The position numbers and the translations under genes are program-made. DNA of 64,000 nucleotides, taken from NCBI GenBank assembly GCA_963699755.1, contig CAVOVB010000001.1, positions 736,001 to 800,000 of the forward strand, in the 5' to 3' direction. The DNA comes from an uncultured delta proteobacterium (lineage in GTDB: Bacteria > Myxococcota_A > Polyangia > Polyangiales > Houyiibacteriaceae). Shown one piece after another: positions 26,819 to 36,272 of the stretch (position 1 is its first letter; each line of letters opens with the position of its first letter). The notes under the pieces were generated by a model. That model did no database searches. It saw only the letters and a list, made by a program, of their open reading frames with translations, and had not been told where the DNA came from.

Positions 26819-28482
26819 TGCGGCGGCAGCTAGCCGTGCTTGTCCTCGCGCTCGAGGCGGGCGCCTGCAATTCAGCGGTTTGCGCTCCTGAATTGTTCGA
26901 AGTCGATGGCGCCTGCCTCACGGTTCCCGTCTGTGATGAACCATGCGGGGCGCACGAGATCTGCGATGGCAGCACGCGGCCGTACAGCTGCAAGTGCGCG
27001 CCGGGTTACGAGGGGGTCCCGTGCGCCTGGGTCGGAGTCGTCCGGGATCCGGAATTCGAGGGACTACAAAACGCTGACGGCGAATCCTACTGGGTGGATG
27101 AGGGAGACAAGGGTGCCACCATCGTCCCTTCCGTTGGGGGCGGAGGAGAAGGCTCTCTTTTTGCAAGCGTGGTTTGCAATGCCGGCGGCCTGAGCCAGGT
27201 ACTCGAGATGCCAAGCTACAGAGCGGCTGGGGCACCCCTGATGGCCGAGGTGACCTACCAGGCGGACGACGTCGAGGGAGCTGCCATAGGATTCGACCGG
27301 GCTTGGAGGTATCTTCCCGCGACGCTTGGCCACTGGGAGACCGCTCGCTTCTGCCTAGGTGAGGCGGCGTTCGGCCAAGAGCCGAACGGCGGGCCCGTCA
27401 AGCTTCAGGTTTCGGCATCCGAACGTGCACCCGGCTGTTTCGAGGACGAACCGGTCGGGAAGGTCCGGGTCGACGAGCTCTTCATCACGCCGGCTGACCC
27501 CGGGAGCTGTCCGCCCCCCGGAGACGTGCTCAACGGTGCGGCCAATGTCGAAGACGGTGGTTGGAAGTTCGCCCAGGAAGGCGTTGCGGAGGCAGCCTTG
27601 GTCGAGGGCGTGGGACAAGGAGGCTCCGACGGCGCTCGCCTCTTGAGAGAATCCGGCTCCACTGATCTTGCTGCGATGTCGACGCAGGTATCGGTGCCAA
27701 CTCCCGGTACCCTGCCCTTTCCGGCGATTCGCTTCTGGTGGAGAGGGAGCAGCACGCAGGCATTCCAAGTCGAGCTCGGCACCTTCGTCGGCCTCGGCGA
27801 ACCGCGACGGTCGCTCGACCGATTGATCGGTAACAACGCCGAGCGCAACAACATCTACTGCCTGCCCCCATGGACCCACGGGAACGTCGTCGACATCACG
27901 TTCTCGCTGGTCGACGAAGGTGCGGTCGACGAGACAGAGCTTCTCGTCGATGAGGTGGAGGTGGTCTCGGATCCCGACTGCGGCGAATCGACTGACCTGC
28001 TCGATCCGGGGTTCGAGTCGGCCCCGAATCGCTGGCCGGGTGTTTATCTTGGCGCGAGTCCGAACCAAGCCGCGATCATGCAAGACGATGGTGCACTCGC
28101 ACGCAACGGAGACGGCGTCTTCGAGCTGACCTATTGGACCAGTGAAGCGGAGATGCGGTTCGAATCCTTCGTCCTCGTCCCTCCAAGCGATGAAGCCGGA
28201 GGGCCCCAACTCGTCTTTCATTCCGACGTCGTCGCAGTCCCAGAGACGACGGTCGAGTGGGTGCTCGGCAGGGCCGACGAGAAGCGAGGAGATCTCACGC
28301 CTGGCGGTGACTGGCAGCGCAACGAAGTCTGCCTTCCGCCCGAGTGGGCCGGCCGATGGTTCCGTTTCCAAGTCCGGGTCGGACCGCCAAACGAAGCGGG
28401 CATCGCAATCTCTACGAAACGAGTCTTCCTCGACGACTTCGAGCTCACGACTTCCGCAGACTGCCCGGCAGTGAGGGAATGA
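26818..28482 (+). CDS. EGF-like domain lipoprotein with three beta-sandwich repeats (paralog A)
   Basis: ATG overlaps the upstream stop (TGATG). Lipobox AGAC, EGF motif CGAHEIC...CKCAPGYEGVPC, and three repeats ending FCL/YCLPPW/VCLPPEW. Confidence 0.75.
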   Translation: MRRQLAVLVLALEAGACNSAVCAPELFEVDGACLTVPVCDEPCGAHEICDGSTRPYSCKCAPGYEGVPCAWVGVVRDPEFEGLQNADGESYWVDEGDKGATIVPSVGGGGEGSLFASVVCNAGGLSQVLEMPSYRAAGAPLMAEVTYQADDVEGAAIGFDRAWRYLPATLGHWETARFCLGEAAFGQEPNGGPVKLQVSASERAPGCFEDEPVGKVRVDELFITPADPGSCPPPGDVLNGAANVEDGGWKFAQEGVAEAALVEGVGQGGSDGARLLRESGSTDLAAMSTQVSVPTPGTLPFPAIRFWWRGSSTQAFQVELGTFVGLGEPRRSLDRLIGNNAERNNIYCLPPWTHGNVVDITFSLVDEGAVDETELLVDEVEVVSDPDCGESTDLLDPGFESAPNRWPGVYLGASPNQAAIMQDDGALARNGDGVFELTYWTSEAEMRFESFVLVPPSDEAGGPQLVFHSDVVAVPETTVEWVLGRADEKRGDLTPGGDWQRNEVCLPPEWAGRWFRFQVRVGPPNEAGIAISTKRVFLDDFELTTSADCPAVRE

Positions 28483-29297
28483 CTGCGTTGCTTTTGATCC
28501 CATGGTTTCGATGGGAGCCGATCTTGGTCGAGATCGGGAAGCACGAGGTCACCGTTTACCCATTCCAAATCACGGTCGGCGTTGCCGTGTTGGTCGTCCT
28601 TGCAGTGGCGGTGGTGTTTGCCCGCAGGCACCAGCGCTCCGTAGAAGCGACTCTCGATTTTGCCGTCCACATCCTCTTGTTGGCCTTTCCGGTCTCCTAC
28701 TTGCTCAACGGCATCTTCTACGAGCCCGATACATTCTTCTACCTGCTCAGCAACCCGTCCGAAGCGCTAGCCCGAAGGCTAGGCTGGACGATGTACGGCG
28801 GCGTCATCGGCGGAATCATCGGTGCCTGGGTTTGGAAATGGCACCGCAGGGGGTCGATCTTGGCGACGGCAGACGCGTTTGCCTTCGCCGGACCCTTTGG
28901 CTGGTGCATCGCCAGAACCGGCTGTTTCGTCGTACACGATCACCCCGGGCGCATCAGCAACTTCGCGCTTGCGGTTGCGGACTACAGGACCGGCGCGCCG
29001 CCGTATCTGCCGCGCCACGACCTCGGCCTCTACGATGCGATCGTCTTGGCCGCTATTGCAAGCGTCTTCCTCGTCTTGTCTCGTGCGCCGCGCAAGCCTG
29101 GGATCTACGTCGGGCTCTTGGCGCTACTCTACGCGCCCTGCCGTTTCGCTCTGGACTTCTTGAGGGCGCCAGTCGCGGAAGGCGGCGACATCAGGTACGC
29201 CGGGCTCACACCGTCGCAATACATCTCGATCGGACTCATCGTCGCTGGCATCCTCGTCATCCGCCGGGTGAATACGAGCGCCGCTGAGCCCAGCTGA
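28479..29297 (+). CDS. lgt: Prolipoprotein diacylglyceryl transferase family protein
   Basis: MYGGVIGG, D..A...P.G..IARTGCF..HDHPG, RHDLGLYD, Y..CRFALDFLR, and GLTPSQ. ATG overlaps the upstream stop. Confidence 0.8.
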   Translation: MTALLLIPWFRWEPILVEIGKHEVTVYPFQITVGVAVLVVLAVAVVFARRHQRSVEATLDFAVHILLLAFPVSYLLNGIFYEPDTFFYLLSNPSEALARRLGWTMYGGVIGGIIGAWVWKWHRRGSILATADAFAFAGPFGWCIARTGCFVVHDHPGRISNFALAVADYRTGAPPYLPRHDLGLYDAIVLAAIASVFLVLSRAPRKPGIYVGLLALLYAPCRFALDFLRAPVAEGGDIRYAGLTPSQYISIGLIVAGILVIRRVNTSAAEPS

Positions 29298-30009
29298 TCT
29301 GGGCTGCACACACGCACAACATCGTCACAACGGAACCACCGACAACCCAGGGATTGCCCTCGAGGTAGTTGAACGTTTCACCTTCGAGCAAGTGCCGGCC
29401 GTCGAGGTAGTAGCGAGTGCCGAAGCGCCAGAAGTTCCACGCGTAGTGCAGCGCGAAGCCGAAGCCAATGTGTCGAAAGCGCACGAACAAGGCGTTCGCG
29501 ATGACGCCGAGCGAGAACAGAGTCGTAAGCGCCGGGAAGCCGATTTCGGTCCCGTCGAGCCCGTAAACGACGCGATGGCCCCCAGAGAAGACGAGCGCGA
29601 GCCCGACGATGACGGCCTTGGGATATGGAAACACCTGCAACAAGAGGGTCAGTAGCGCTGCGCGCATCAGGATCTCGTCGTTGAAGACCTGGAAGAACTG
29701 GTGGACTTTGGCCCGTGGAGCCAGAACGCGGCGTGCGATCAGGGCCTCGTCCACGACGACCTCGCTGAGCACGCCGTAAAAGAGAGGCAGAACCAGCGCG
29801 AGAAGGGCAACGCTGAGCGCCAGGTCGCGCCTCGTCATTGCGAGCCCGAAGCACCTAACTGCGCCCTTGCCCCGGAGGACCGTGCCAATTGCGAGAATGA
29901 TTACTGTGCTCGGAATGAACCGCCACCATGAACCCGCCAAATGGAGATAGGGAAACAGATACGCCGAGGCGCATGCGACGGAAGCCGCTACGAAGAAGAC
30001 AGAACGCAC
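29257..30009 (-). CDS. CPBP (CAAX/Abi) family intramembrane glutamic protease
   Basis: Multi-TM protein with motif 1 NDEILMR (EExxxR variant), motif 2 FSGGH and motif 4 LHYAWN. Confidence 0.65.
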   Translation of the reverse strand: MRSVFFVAASVACASAYLFPYLHLAGSWWRFIPSTVIILAIGTVLRGKGAVRCFGLAMTRRDLALSVALLALVLPLFYGVLSEVVVDEALIARRVLAPRAKVHQFFQVFNDEILMRAALLTLLLQVFPYPKAVIVGLALVFSGGHRVVYGLDGTEIGFPALTTLFSLGVIANALFVRFRHIGFGFALHYAWNFWRFGTRYYLDGRHLLEGETFNYLEGNPWVVGGSVVTMLCVCAAQISWAQRRSYSPGG

Positions 30010-30018
30010 GGCCCGTGG

Positions 30019-30936
30019 TTATCCGCACACAGCGGGGATGCACAAGCCGGCGCTGTCACAGACGCCTTCGCCCGTCCCTCCGGGCAAGGTGCACTTCGTC
30101 GGCGTCGAGGTGTCCGAGGGCTCATGCTCGCAACAAACCTGGTCGGGACACATGCCCTTGATGAACTTCTTGAGATTGCAGGTGTCCTTGGTACACGGAT
30201 TGTTGTCGTCGCAGTTCACATCGCATGGGGCGGCGTCTTTGCAATCTCCTCCCCAGCAGTACCCTGAGCCGGGCGGCTCAGCGGGTGGGTTACAGTCGAG
30301 GGTATCGCCGACATTCTGGGCCAACGCGCACTGACCAGTTCCGGGATTGCAGTCGGCGCTCTGACATGGACTGGTCTGACTGCATTGACCAGTGCATTGA
30401 CCATGCACGCAGTAGCCATTCTGACAGGACCCCGAACCTTGACCTACTGGAAGAACACCCGTTGGGTCACACGCTGTTCCATTGAGCGCCGAGGAATCCG
30501 TCCCGCAGAGCACTCCGTTCGCACTGTTGCAGCCCTCGATGCTGCAACAATTGATTCTGCCGAAATTGTACTTGACGCACGGATCGGATTCCCCGGCCGA
30601 AACACATCTTTGCTCGATGCAGATGCCCTCGGTGCCGCCGTTCCGCGGGTAGTTGCAGGATTGGAGATCGGTAAGGCCGACGCACTCGTTGGTCCCACAA
30701 GTTCCACCGGAGCACTGCCCGTATACACCAGCGCTCAAGGGGCACTCGGTGCCATCGGCCGCATTGTAGGGATTGTCTGCGGGGCTTGGACAACCCCCAG
30801 CGGGTTTCGGATAGCACTCCGAAGTGCAAGGGTTCGTGTCCTCGCACTGGTCATTGCAGCATGACCCGATGATGGCCACATAGATTGGGCAGATGATGGC
30901 AAGCAAAAGAAGACTAGTACGAATGGATGCTGTCAT
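30019..30936 (-). CDS. Secreted/lipo- Cys-rich repeat protein
   Basis: GGAG SD, signal ending IIGSCC, and repeats CEDTNPCTSEC / CDDNNPCTKDTC and GxCxxGxC. Confidence 0.75.
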   Translation of the reverse strand: MTASIRTSLLLLAIICPIYVAIIGSCCNDQCEDTNPCTSECYPKPAGGCPSPADNPYNAADGTECPLSAGVYGQCSGGTCGTNECVGLTDLQSCNYPRNGGTEGICIEQRCVSAGESDPCVKYNFGRINCCSIEGCNSANGVLCGTDSSALNGTACDPTGVLPVGQGSGSCQNGYCVHGQCTGQCSQTSPCQSADCNPGTGQCALAQNVGDTLDCNPPAEPPGSGYCWGGDCKDAAPCDVNCDDNNPCTKDTCNLKKFIKGMCPDQVCCEHEPSDTSTPTKCTLPGGTGEGVCDSAGLCIPAVCG

Positions 30937-31118
30937 GACTTCTCCTCCGCTGCGCGTGCTACCCACGAGTGGAAAGCCTTATTTGGGGACGAATCAATCA
31001 CCTATGGCTGACGCTGTCCATACGTATTAATTCACCCCGGACAGTCCGCGATCTCGAGCGCGGTCGACTGCGTTCTCCACCTTGAGTGAGGGGCGTGACC
31101 CAGGCATGCTTTGGAAAG

Positions 31119-32774
31119 ATGCGCGCTTGCCTGATCACGCTGACGGCTGTTCTTTGTGTGGGTCTTGCTGCTTGCGATTCGGGGACTTGCGGGCCGGACG
31201 CTGTCGAAGTCGATGAACGCTGTATGGCTTTGACCCCGCAAACGGCAGATTGTGACGAGGCATGTGGTGCCCATCAGTACTGTGACGGAAGCACGGGCGG
31301 CGCCACCTGCAAATGCGTCGCTGGCTATGAGGGAAGCCCGTGTGCATGGGCTGGTGCGCCCGTCGACCCCGAGTTCACGAATGCTGAATCATGGTCGATG
31401 AGCCGTGGCGCCACTGTCTTACCGCTAGAAAATGGTCTGAATCCGGGCGTCGCCTTCTTGGCGCCTAGCGTGGTCTGCAACGCAGGTGAAGTAAGCCAGA
31501 CCATCGAGATGCCGAGCTTCGACTCGGCGGAGCCGTTCATCGCGGAGGTGACGTACCGAGCGCAGAACGTGCATGGGCTAGGCGTTGGCTTTGGTCGAGC
31601 AATCAAGACTCTGCCCGCTACGGAAGATTGGCAGACCATACGCTTCTGCCTCGGAGAGTCAGCCTACGGTCCGTCCGATGCTGAGTACGGAGGCTCGGTC
31701 AAGCTGCGGGTCACTGCGTCTGAGCGAACCGTTACCTGCCCCGACGACACCCTTGGCAGAATTGAGGTCGATCGACTTTGGATCGATGTCGCACAGCAAG
31801 GCGAATGTCCCAAGCCCGGCGAAGTGTTAAACGGCGCAGCGGAGGCCGGCGACAGGGGCTGGATCTTCGAAGGGGACCCGTCGAAAGCCGCTCTGATGGA
31901 GGGGGTCGGGCGAAACGGAACCGGCGGCGCCGCACTGGTCAAAGCGGAGGGCGGGGCCACGTCCACGTCGATGGCGGCGCAGCTTTCGGTGCCCTTGGCG
32001 ACTGACTCTTTTTCGCCGGCACTTCGCTTCTGGTGGAAGAGCTCGGTCGGGTCGGCGTTTGCCGTGGAGATCGGTGCGTTTCCAGACACGACGCGACCGG
32101 TTGATACCCTCGTCGGAGACGATTCCTGGCGCAGTTATGCGTACTGCTTGCCTCCTTGGACCCACGGGAACGTGCTCGATCTGGCATTCTTTCCTGCGAC
32201 TGCAGACTCCACAATCGCAACTGAGCTCGTTGTCGAAGATGTGGAGCTGTTCTCAGACGATCGCTGCGGTGACTCCCCCGAGCTTCTCGACCCTGGTTTC
32301 GACTCAGCCCCCAACCGCTGGCACGGGGTGTCAGACCTGGGCTCCCAGACCACCGGGGAGTCGATTACTCTGCGAGACGATGCGGAACTGGCGAGAACCG
32401 GCCGCGGAGTTCTCGAGATGACCTACACAGCCAACGATCAGCTGCTACGGTTCGAAACCTGGCTGTTGGTCCCCGAGAGCTTCGAGAACCGCGGGCCGCA
32501 GCTCGTGTTCTTCTCGAAGGTGCCGGCTGACGCGCCCATGGTCGTCTCGTCGTTCCTCGGGAAGTCCACGCGACCAACGGACGAACTATTGCCGGGCGAC
32601 CTCTGGCGCTCCAACGAGGTTTGCCTGCCGCCGGAGTGGGCAGGTCGTTGGTTCCGATTCCAACTACGCATCGGCCCTTCCCGTTTCGAGCCTTTCACTA
32701 CGTTCGACCCGCCCATGCGGGTGTTTGTCGATGACTTCGAGCTCAGGACTTCGGAAGCATGCAAGGCGGAGTAG
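31119..32774 (+). CDS. EGF-like domain lipoprotein with three beta-sandwich repeats (paralog B)
   Basis: Canonical lipobox LAAC. Shares SVVCNAG, YCLPPWTHGNV, LLDPGF.SAPNRW and NEVCLPPEWAGRWFRFQ with 26818-28482. Confidence 0.8.
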   Translation: MRACLITLTAVLCVGLAACDSGTCGPDAVEVDERCMALTPQTADCDEACGAHQYCDGSTGGATCKCVAGYEGSPCAWAGAPVDPEFTNAESWSMSRGATVLPLENGLNPGVAFLAPSVVCNAGEVSQTIEMPSFDSAEPFIAEVTYRAQNVHGLGVGFGRAIKTLPATEDWQTIRFCLGESAYGPSDAEYGGSVKLRVTASERTVTCPDDTLGRIEVDRLWIDVAQQGECPKPGEVLNGAAEAGDRGWIFEGDPSKAALMEGVGRNGTGGAALVKAEGGATSTSMAAQLSVPLATDSFSPALRFWWKSSVGSAFAVEIGAFPDTTRPVDTLVGDDSWRSYAYCLPPWTHGNVLDLAFFPATADSTIATELVVEDVELFSDDRCGDSPELLDPGFDSAPNRWHGVSDLGSQTTGESITLRDDAELARTGRGVLEMTYTANDQLLRFETWLLVPESFENRGPQLVFFSKVPADAPMVVSSFLGKSTRPTDELLPGDLWRSNEVCLPPEWAGRWFRFQLRIGPSRFEPFTTFDPPMRVFVDDFELRTSEACKAE

Positions 32775-32822
32775 CGGGTTTCCCTTGACCGGGTCGTCAG
32801 AGCTGCATGACCATCCTCAGGG

Positions 32823-35606
32823 ATGTGTCGATCTCGTTTCTACTCGGTCAGTCGTTACCTCGCGCTCGTAGCAGCCACCGTGCCTGGCGTCGCTAGCGGG
32901 GCGGTCGTCGACGCGGAGGGTGGCATCACGATTTGGATTTCATACGACAACCTAGATACTTGGAAAGGCAGCACGATCGATGCCTCCCCTGCGAGCAAGC
33001 GGCTAGACTTCGACGAGCTGGCCGGGATGGGATTGAATTCCTTGGGCCAGCCGGTGATGACCTGCGCGAGCACCGAAGACGCATGTAAGACGCACGACCC
33101 GAGCTCCCAAAGCCTCTCTTGCGCAGCAAGCACCACCTACGCCGACGCAAGGGAAAAAGTGAAAGCCGACATCCTGAAGCTCGCGAGATACATTCATGAC
33201 TCTACCGAGGGCCGACACTTCCTACGAAGGGTATATGTCGCGGACCAAGGACGTGGCTGGGATACAGCCGACGTTCAATGGAATGTCGGCAAAGGAGGCA
33301 TTGCCTATAGTCTGAATCCCGACGCACATCGAGCTGGTTGGAACTATGCCCAAATGCATGTGCACCTGCACAGCGCATGGCGGACCTGCAGTCCCGACGT
33401 GCTGCACCACGAGCTGGGTCACTATCTGTATGGACTGCTAGACCGCTACCCGAGGCCTGACCAACCCTACCCCGGCTGCTTTCCGGCCCCTCTCGACGGA
33501 GAACTGATCGAGGTCACGCTGCATCAAACGAACCCCGAATACGTCGAAGAGACGGTCATGTCGGGCACATTTCCCCATCGCTTCGTCGATGACTCAAACG
33601 TCAAACTGCGTGTCACGCACGCAGGGCTGGGCAACTACCAGGGAAGGAGCTCGCAAGAGCTCACCGGAGATGTGCTCAAAGACAGCGACTCAAGCAATGA
33701 TGGGCCCAATCGCTGGGCGGCTTGCACCTTGCCGTTTGCCCGAGGCGAATGGAGCATGCTTGGTGCTGCCCACATTGACCTCGAGGATGTGCATGTCGAG
33801 GGGGAGTTCCCCGACATGACTACGGAGCCCTTACCGAACGCCACGCCCGACATACGCTTCGTCAGCAGTAACGATCCCAACCCCGGGACGGTCCTTTTGC
33901 TGGACAATTCGAACAGCATGAACGCACCGGCGAACGATCCCGCGAGTCGGCATGTCCAAGAAGCCGCTTTGTTCTTCTACCATAGCTCAGCGCAGCCCAC
34001 GGTTTCGACGGCAGCCAATCCGCAGGCGAAACCAGGAGAATACGTAGGAGCCTTCTTGTACAACAACCAAGTGTCGACGCTGGTCGCGTACGGGGAGTTT
34101 GATTCAAACCATCCGATCGACGTCCCGGCGTTTCCGAACGCGTCTGGATCGACCAACATCAACTTAGCGTTCGCCTCTGCAATTGAAGCTCTCGAAGAGG
34201 CTCACGCGGGAACGAGCGGGGCGAACGGGGGTACGATCGTATTGCTCTCAGACGGCCAAGCCACAGCAGGAGGCGACCTCTGGAACGAGGTCCGTCGGGC
34301 CGGTGAAATGGGAATTAAGATTCACCCGCGAAGCTACGGGGTGGCGAACTCAGAAACGATGGAAGAAATCGCCGCTTACTCCTCCGGCAGCGACGAGATC
34401 CTCTCCGCGCCAAGCAGCCCCGCGGAGCTGAAGCTGGACCTATGCAGGGAAGTGACGATTCTCCGCGGAAGCACCTCGGTGTACTCGTGCAAAGGAAAAG
34501 TATCGGACGTCGCCAAGGATTCGATTGCCTGCGAAAGCGAGATTGAGCGAGGTTTCGATGGGTCTCGGGAGTTCGTACAGTCGACTTTCAACGTGCCGAA
34601 CGGTACGCGTGACTTGCTGTTCTATGTCTTTCTAGAGGACGGCAATGCTGCGGAGCTGACGCTCGAGTTGGGTCAGGGCGGGACTCTCGAGGAGATTCCG
34701 AGCGAGCCCTTGGCGAAGAAGGGCCGGTTTCACGGAGTCCGCATCCCCGACGTAGACCCCGGTGAGTGGACGTTTAGGATCAAGGCGCCGTCTTCACCAA
34801 GCGGAGCCCAGTCATTGCTGCCAGCCGATGACAACATCGAGATCGTGGCTTATGCGAATCACCCGGAATTGACGACCGATGTCTGGATCGAGGAGGCCCG
34901 GGGAGCGAAACCCGCGACTCTAAAGGCGCGGCTGACGTACCGCTACCCACTCTCGGGCATTCAGGCTCAGGCGGTCTTCTATGATGGAGGACGTCGCCTG
35001 CGACCGAAACCAACGCCGATGTGGCAAGGCAAGCCCGGTCCAGACAGGGACAAACATGATGGGGTCTACTCGACCCTCATTGACCTAGAGACGATGCGCA
35101 GTGAAGTTGGCGCGGAGCGAGTCAGAATCGACGTCGAGTTTGCCATTGGGCAGGACGCGATGCCGGCCCCAAATATAGCGTATGAACCTGGGACGGTTTG
35201 GAGTGATGTGAAGAGCGACTACATGACGCTCAAGAACACGACGGAATTCAAGGCATATGGAACGCTGGTGACGTCTCTCGACCGAACCGATCGAGCACCT
35301 CCGGCGATCCACAAGATCCACCGAATCCCACGCCGACTGCGCCGGCGACTGCCAGGAGGCGGACCGTACATCGGCGCAACGGTTCGGAACGCTCATCCCT
35401 TGAAAGAGCAAACGCGCGTGTCCCTTGGGCAGGGCGTTACGGGGAAGGTTATCGCTGCCCATCCGCACCGCTGCAAGTCCCGCACGACCTTGTGGATCGA
35501 ATATCAGATCGCCGACGCTGCTCGTCCGGGCCAACGCAATCTCGGGCTGCAGTTTGGCCGAACGATACTTTGGAAAGATGACGCCTTGGAGCTCGATGCG
35601 CCGTAG
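32823..35606 (+). CDS. Secreted CLCA-like zinc metalloprotease-vWA protein
   Basis: Signal peptide, HELGH...GLLDRY, vWA MIDAS DNSNS / GSTNI / LLSDG, and DKHDGVYS motif. Confidence 0.75.
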   Translation: MCRSRFYSVSRYLALVAATVPGVASGAVVDAEGGITIWISYDNLDTWKGSTIDASPASKRLDFDELAGMGLNSLGQPVMTCASTEDACKTHDPSSQSLSCAASTTYADAREKVKADILKLARYIHDSTEGRHFLRRVYVADQGRGWDTADVQWNVGKGGIAYSLNPDAHRAGWNYAQMHVHLHSAWRTCSPDVLHHELGHYLYGLLDRYPRPDQPYPGCFPAPLDGELIEVTLHQTNPEYVEETVMSGTFPHRFVDDSNVKLRVTHAGLGNYQGRSSQELTGDVLKDSDSSNDGPNRWAACTLPFARGEWSMLGAAHIDLEDVHVEGEFPDMTTEPLPNATPDIRFVSSNDPNPGTVLLLDNSNSMNAPANDPASRHVQEAALFFYHSSAQPTVSTAANPQAKPGEYVGAFLYNNQVSTLVAYGEFDSNHPIDVPAFPNASGSTNINLAFASAIEALEEAHAGTSGANGGTIVLLSDGQATAGGDLWNEVRRAGEMGIKIHPRSYGVANSETMEEIAAYSSGSDEILSAPSSPAELKLDLCREVTILRGSTSVYSCKGKVSDVAKDSIACESEIERGFDGSREFVQSTFNVPNGTRDLLFYVFLEDGNAAELTLELGQGGTLEEIPSEPLAKKGRFHGVRIPDVDPGEWTFRIKAPSSPSGAQSLLPADDNIEIVAYANHPELTTDVWIEEARGAKPATLKARLTYRYPLSGIQAQAVFYDGGRRLRPKPTPMWQGKPGPDRDKHDGVYSTLIDLETMRSEVGAERVRIDVEFAIGQDAMPAPNIAYEPGTVWSDVKSDYMTLKNTTEFKAYGTLVTSLDRTDRAPPAIHKIHRIPRRLRRRLPGGGPYIGATVRNAHPLKEQTRVSLGQGVTGKVIAAHPHRCKSRTTLWIEYQIADAARPGQRNLGLQFGRTILWKDDALELDAP

Positions 35607-35609
35607 CCG

Positions 35610-36056
35610 TCACGGCGCATCGTCGACGCAGGTGCTGACGCCGGTGTACGCGCAAACACACTCGCACCTGCCTTCCGTAAGGCAGAATGAGCTACGGACG
35701 TTTTGGCCCCCATCACAGACGTAGTCGGAGCACCAATCTACGCAGGATCGGTCCCCGGACATGTCGGGCTCGCAGTCCTTGTGTGCCGTGCAGTCGGGAA
35801 CAGCGCACACACCAGCGCTGCAGACACATAGGCAGCGATTGTCGTCCGGCAAGCAGTATCCTGCTCGCGTACTTTCGGGCCCGTTGCAATAGGAGTCCCT
35901 GCAAATCTCCAAGCATCTGTCCTGGTCGACACTGCAGGTGTCGGGGTACCCGCAGTTCATGCTGTCGCTAGGATCAGGCATGGTTTCGCACGAGTCTGCG
36001 CCACAGATCAGAATGCCGCAGAATACGGGGACGAAAAGGCCTCCTAGGATTCGCAT
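35610..36056 (-). CDS. Secreted protein with two 10-Cys defensin-like repeats
   Basis: Signal-like N-terminus ending CGADSC, followed by two repeats with matching Cys spacing. Confidence 0.7.
   Translation of the reverse strand: MRILGGLFVPVFCGILICGADSCETMPDPSDSMNCGYPDTCSVDQDRCLEICRDSYCNGPESTRAGYCLPDDNRCLCVCSAGVCAVPDCTAHKDCEPDMSGDRSCVDWCSDYVCDGGQNVRSSFCLTEGRCECVCAYTGVSTCVDDAP
35628..35954 (-). repeat. Tandem protein-level 10-Cys repeat (2 copies)
   Basis: C-x5-C-x6/9-C-x3-C-x4-C-x10-C-x6/5-C-x-C-x-C-x4/7-C occurs twice (aa 35-84 and 89-143). Confidence 0.8.
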
Positions 36057-36272
36057 TCGTAAACGGTATATCTCTGCCCGATGCCTTACAACATCGAAGA
36101 GCGCATGCCGGCACGCACCCGAGCGCAGGCGACGGCTGTTATTCCAGTCGAGTTTCTCCATGGACGCTCCGATGTCATCCAGATTCCTCTGCGGACGCGG
36201 CGCAACCCAGACCGATTAGCGACTTCCGGGCGCGCGTTGACGCGCAAGTGAGGACGAACTCCGAGCACGCCT

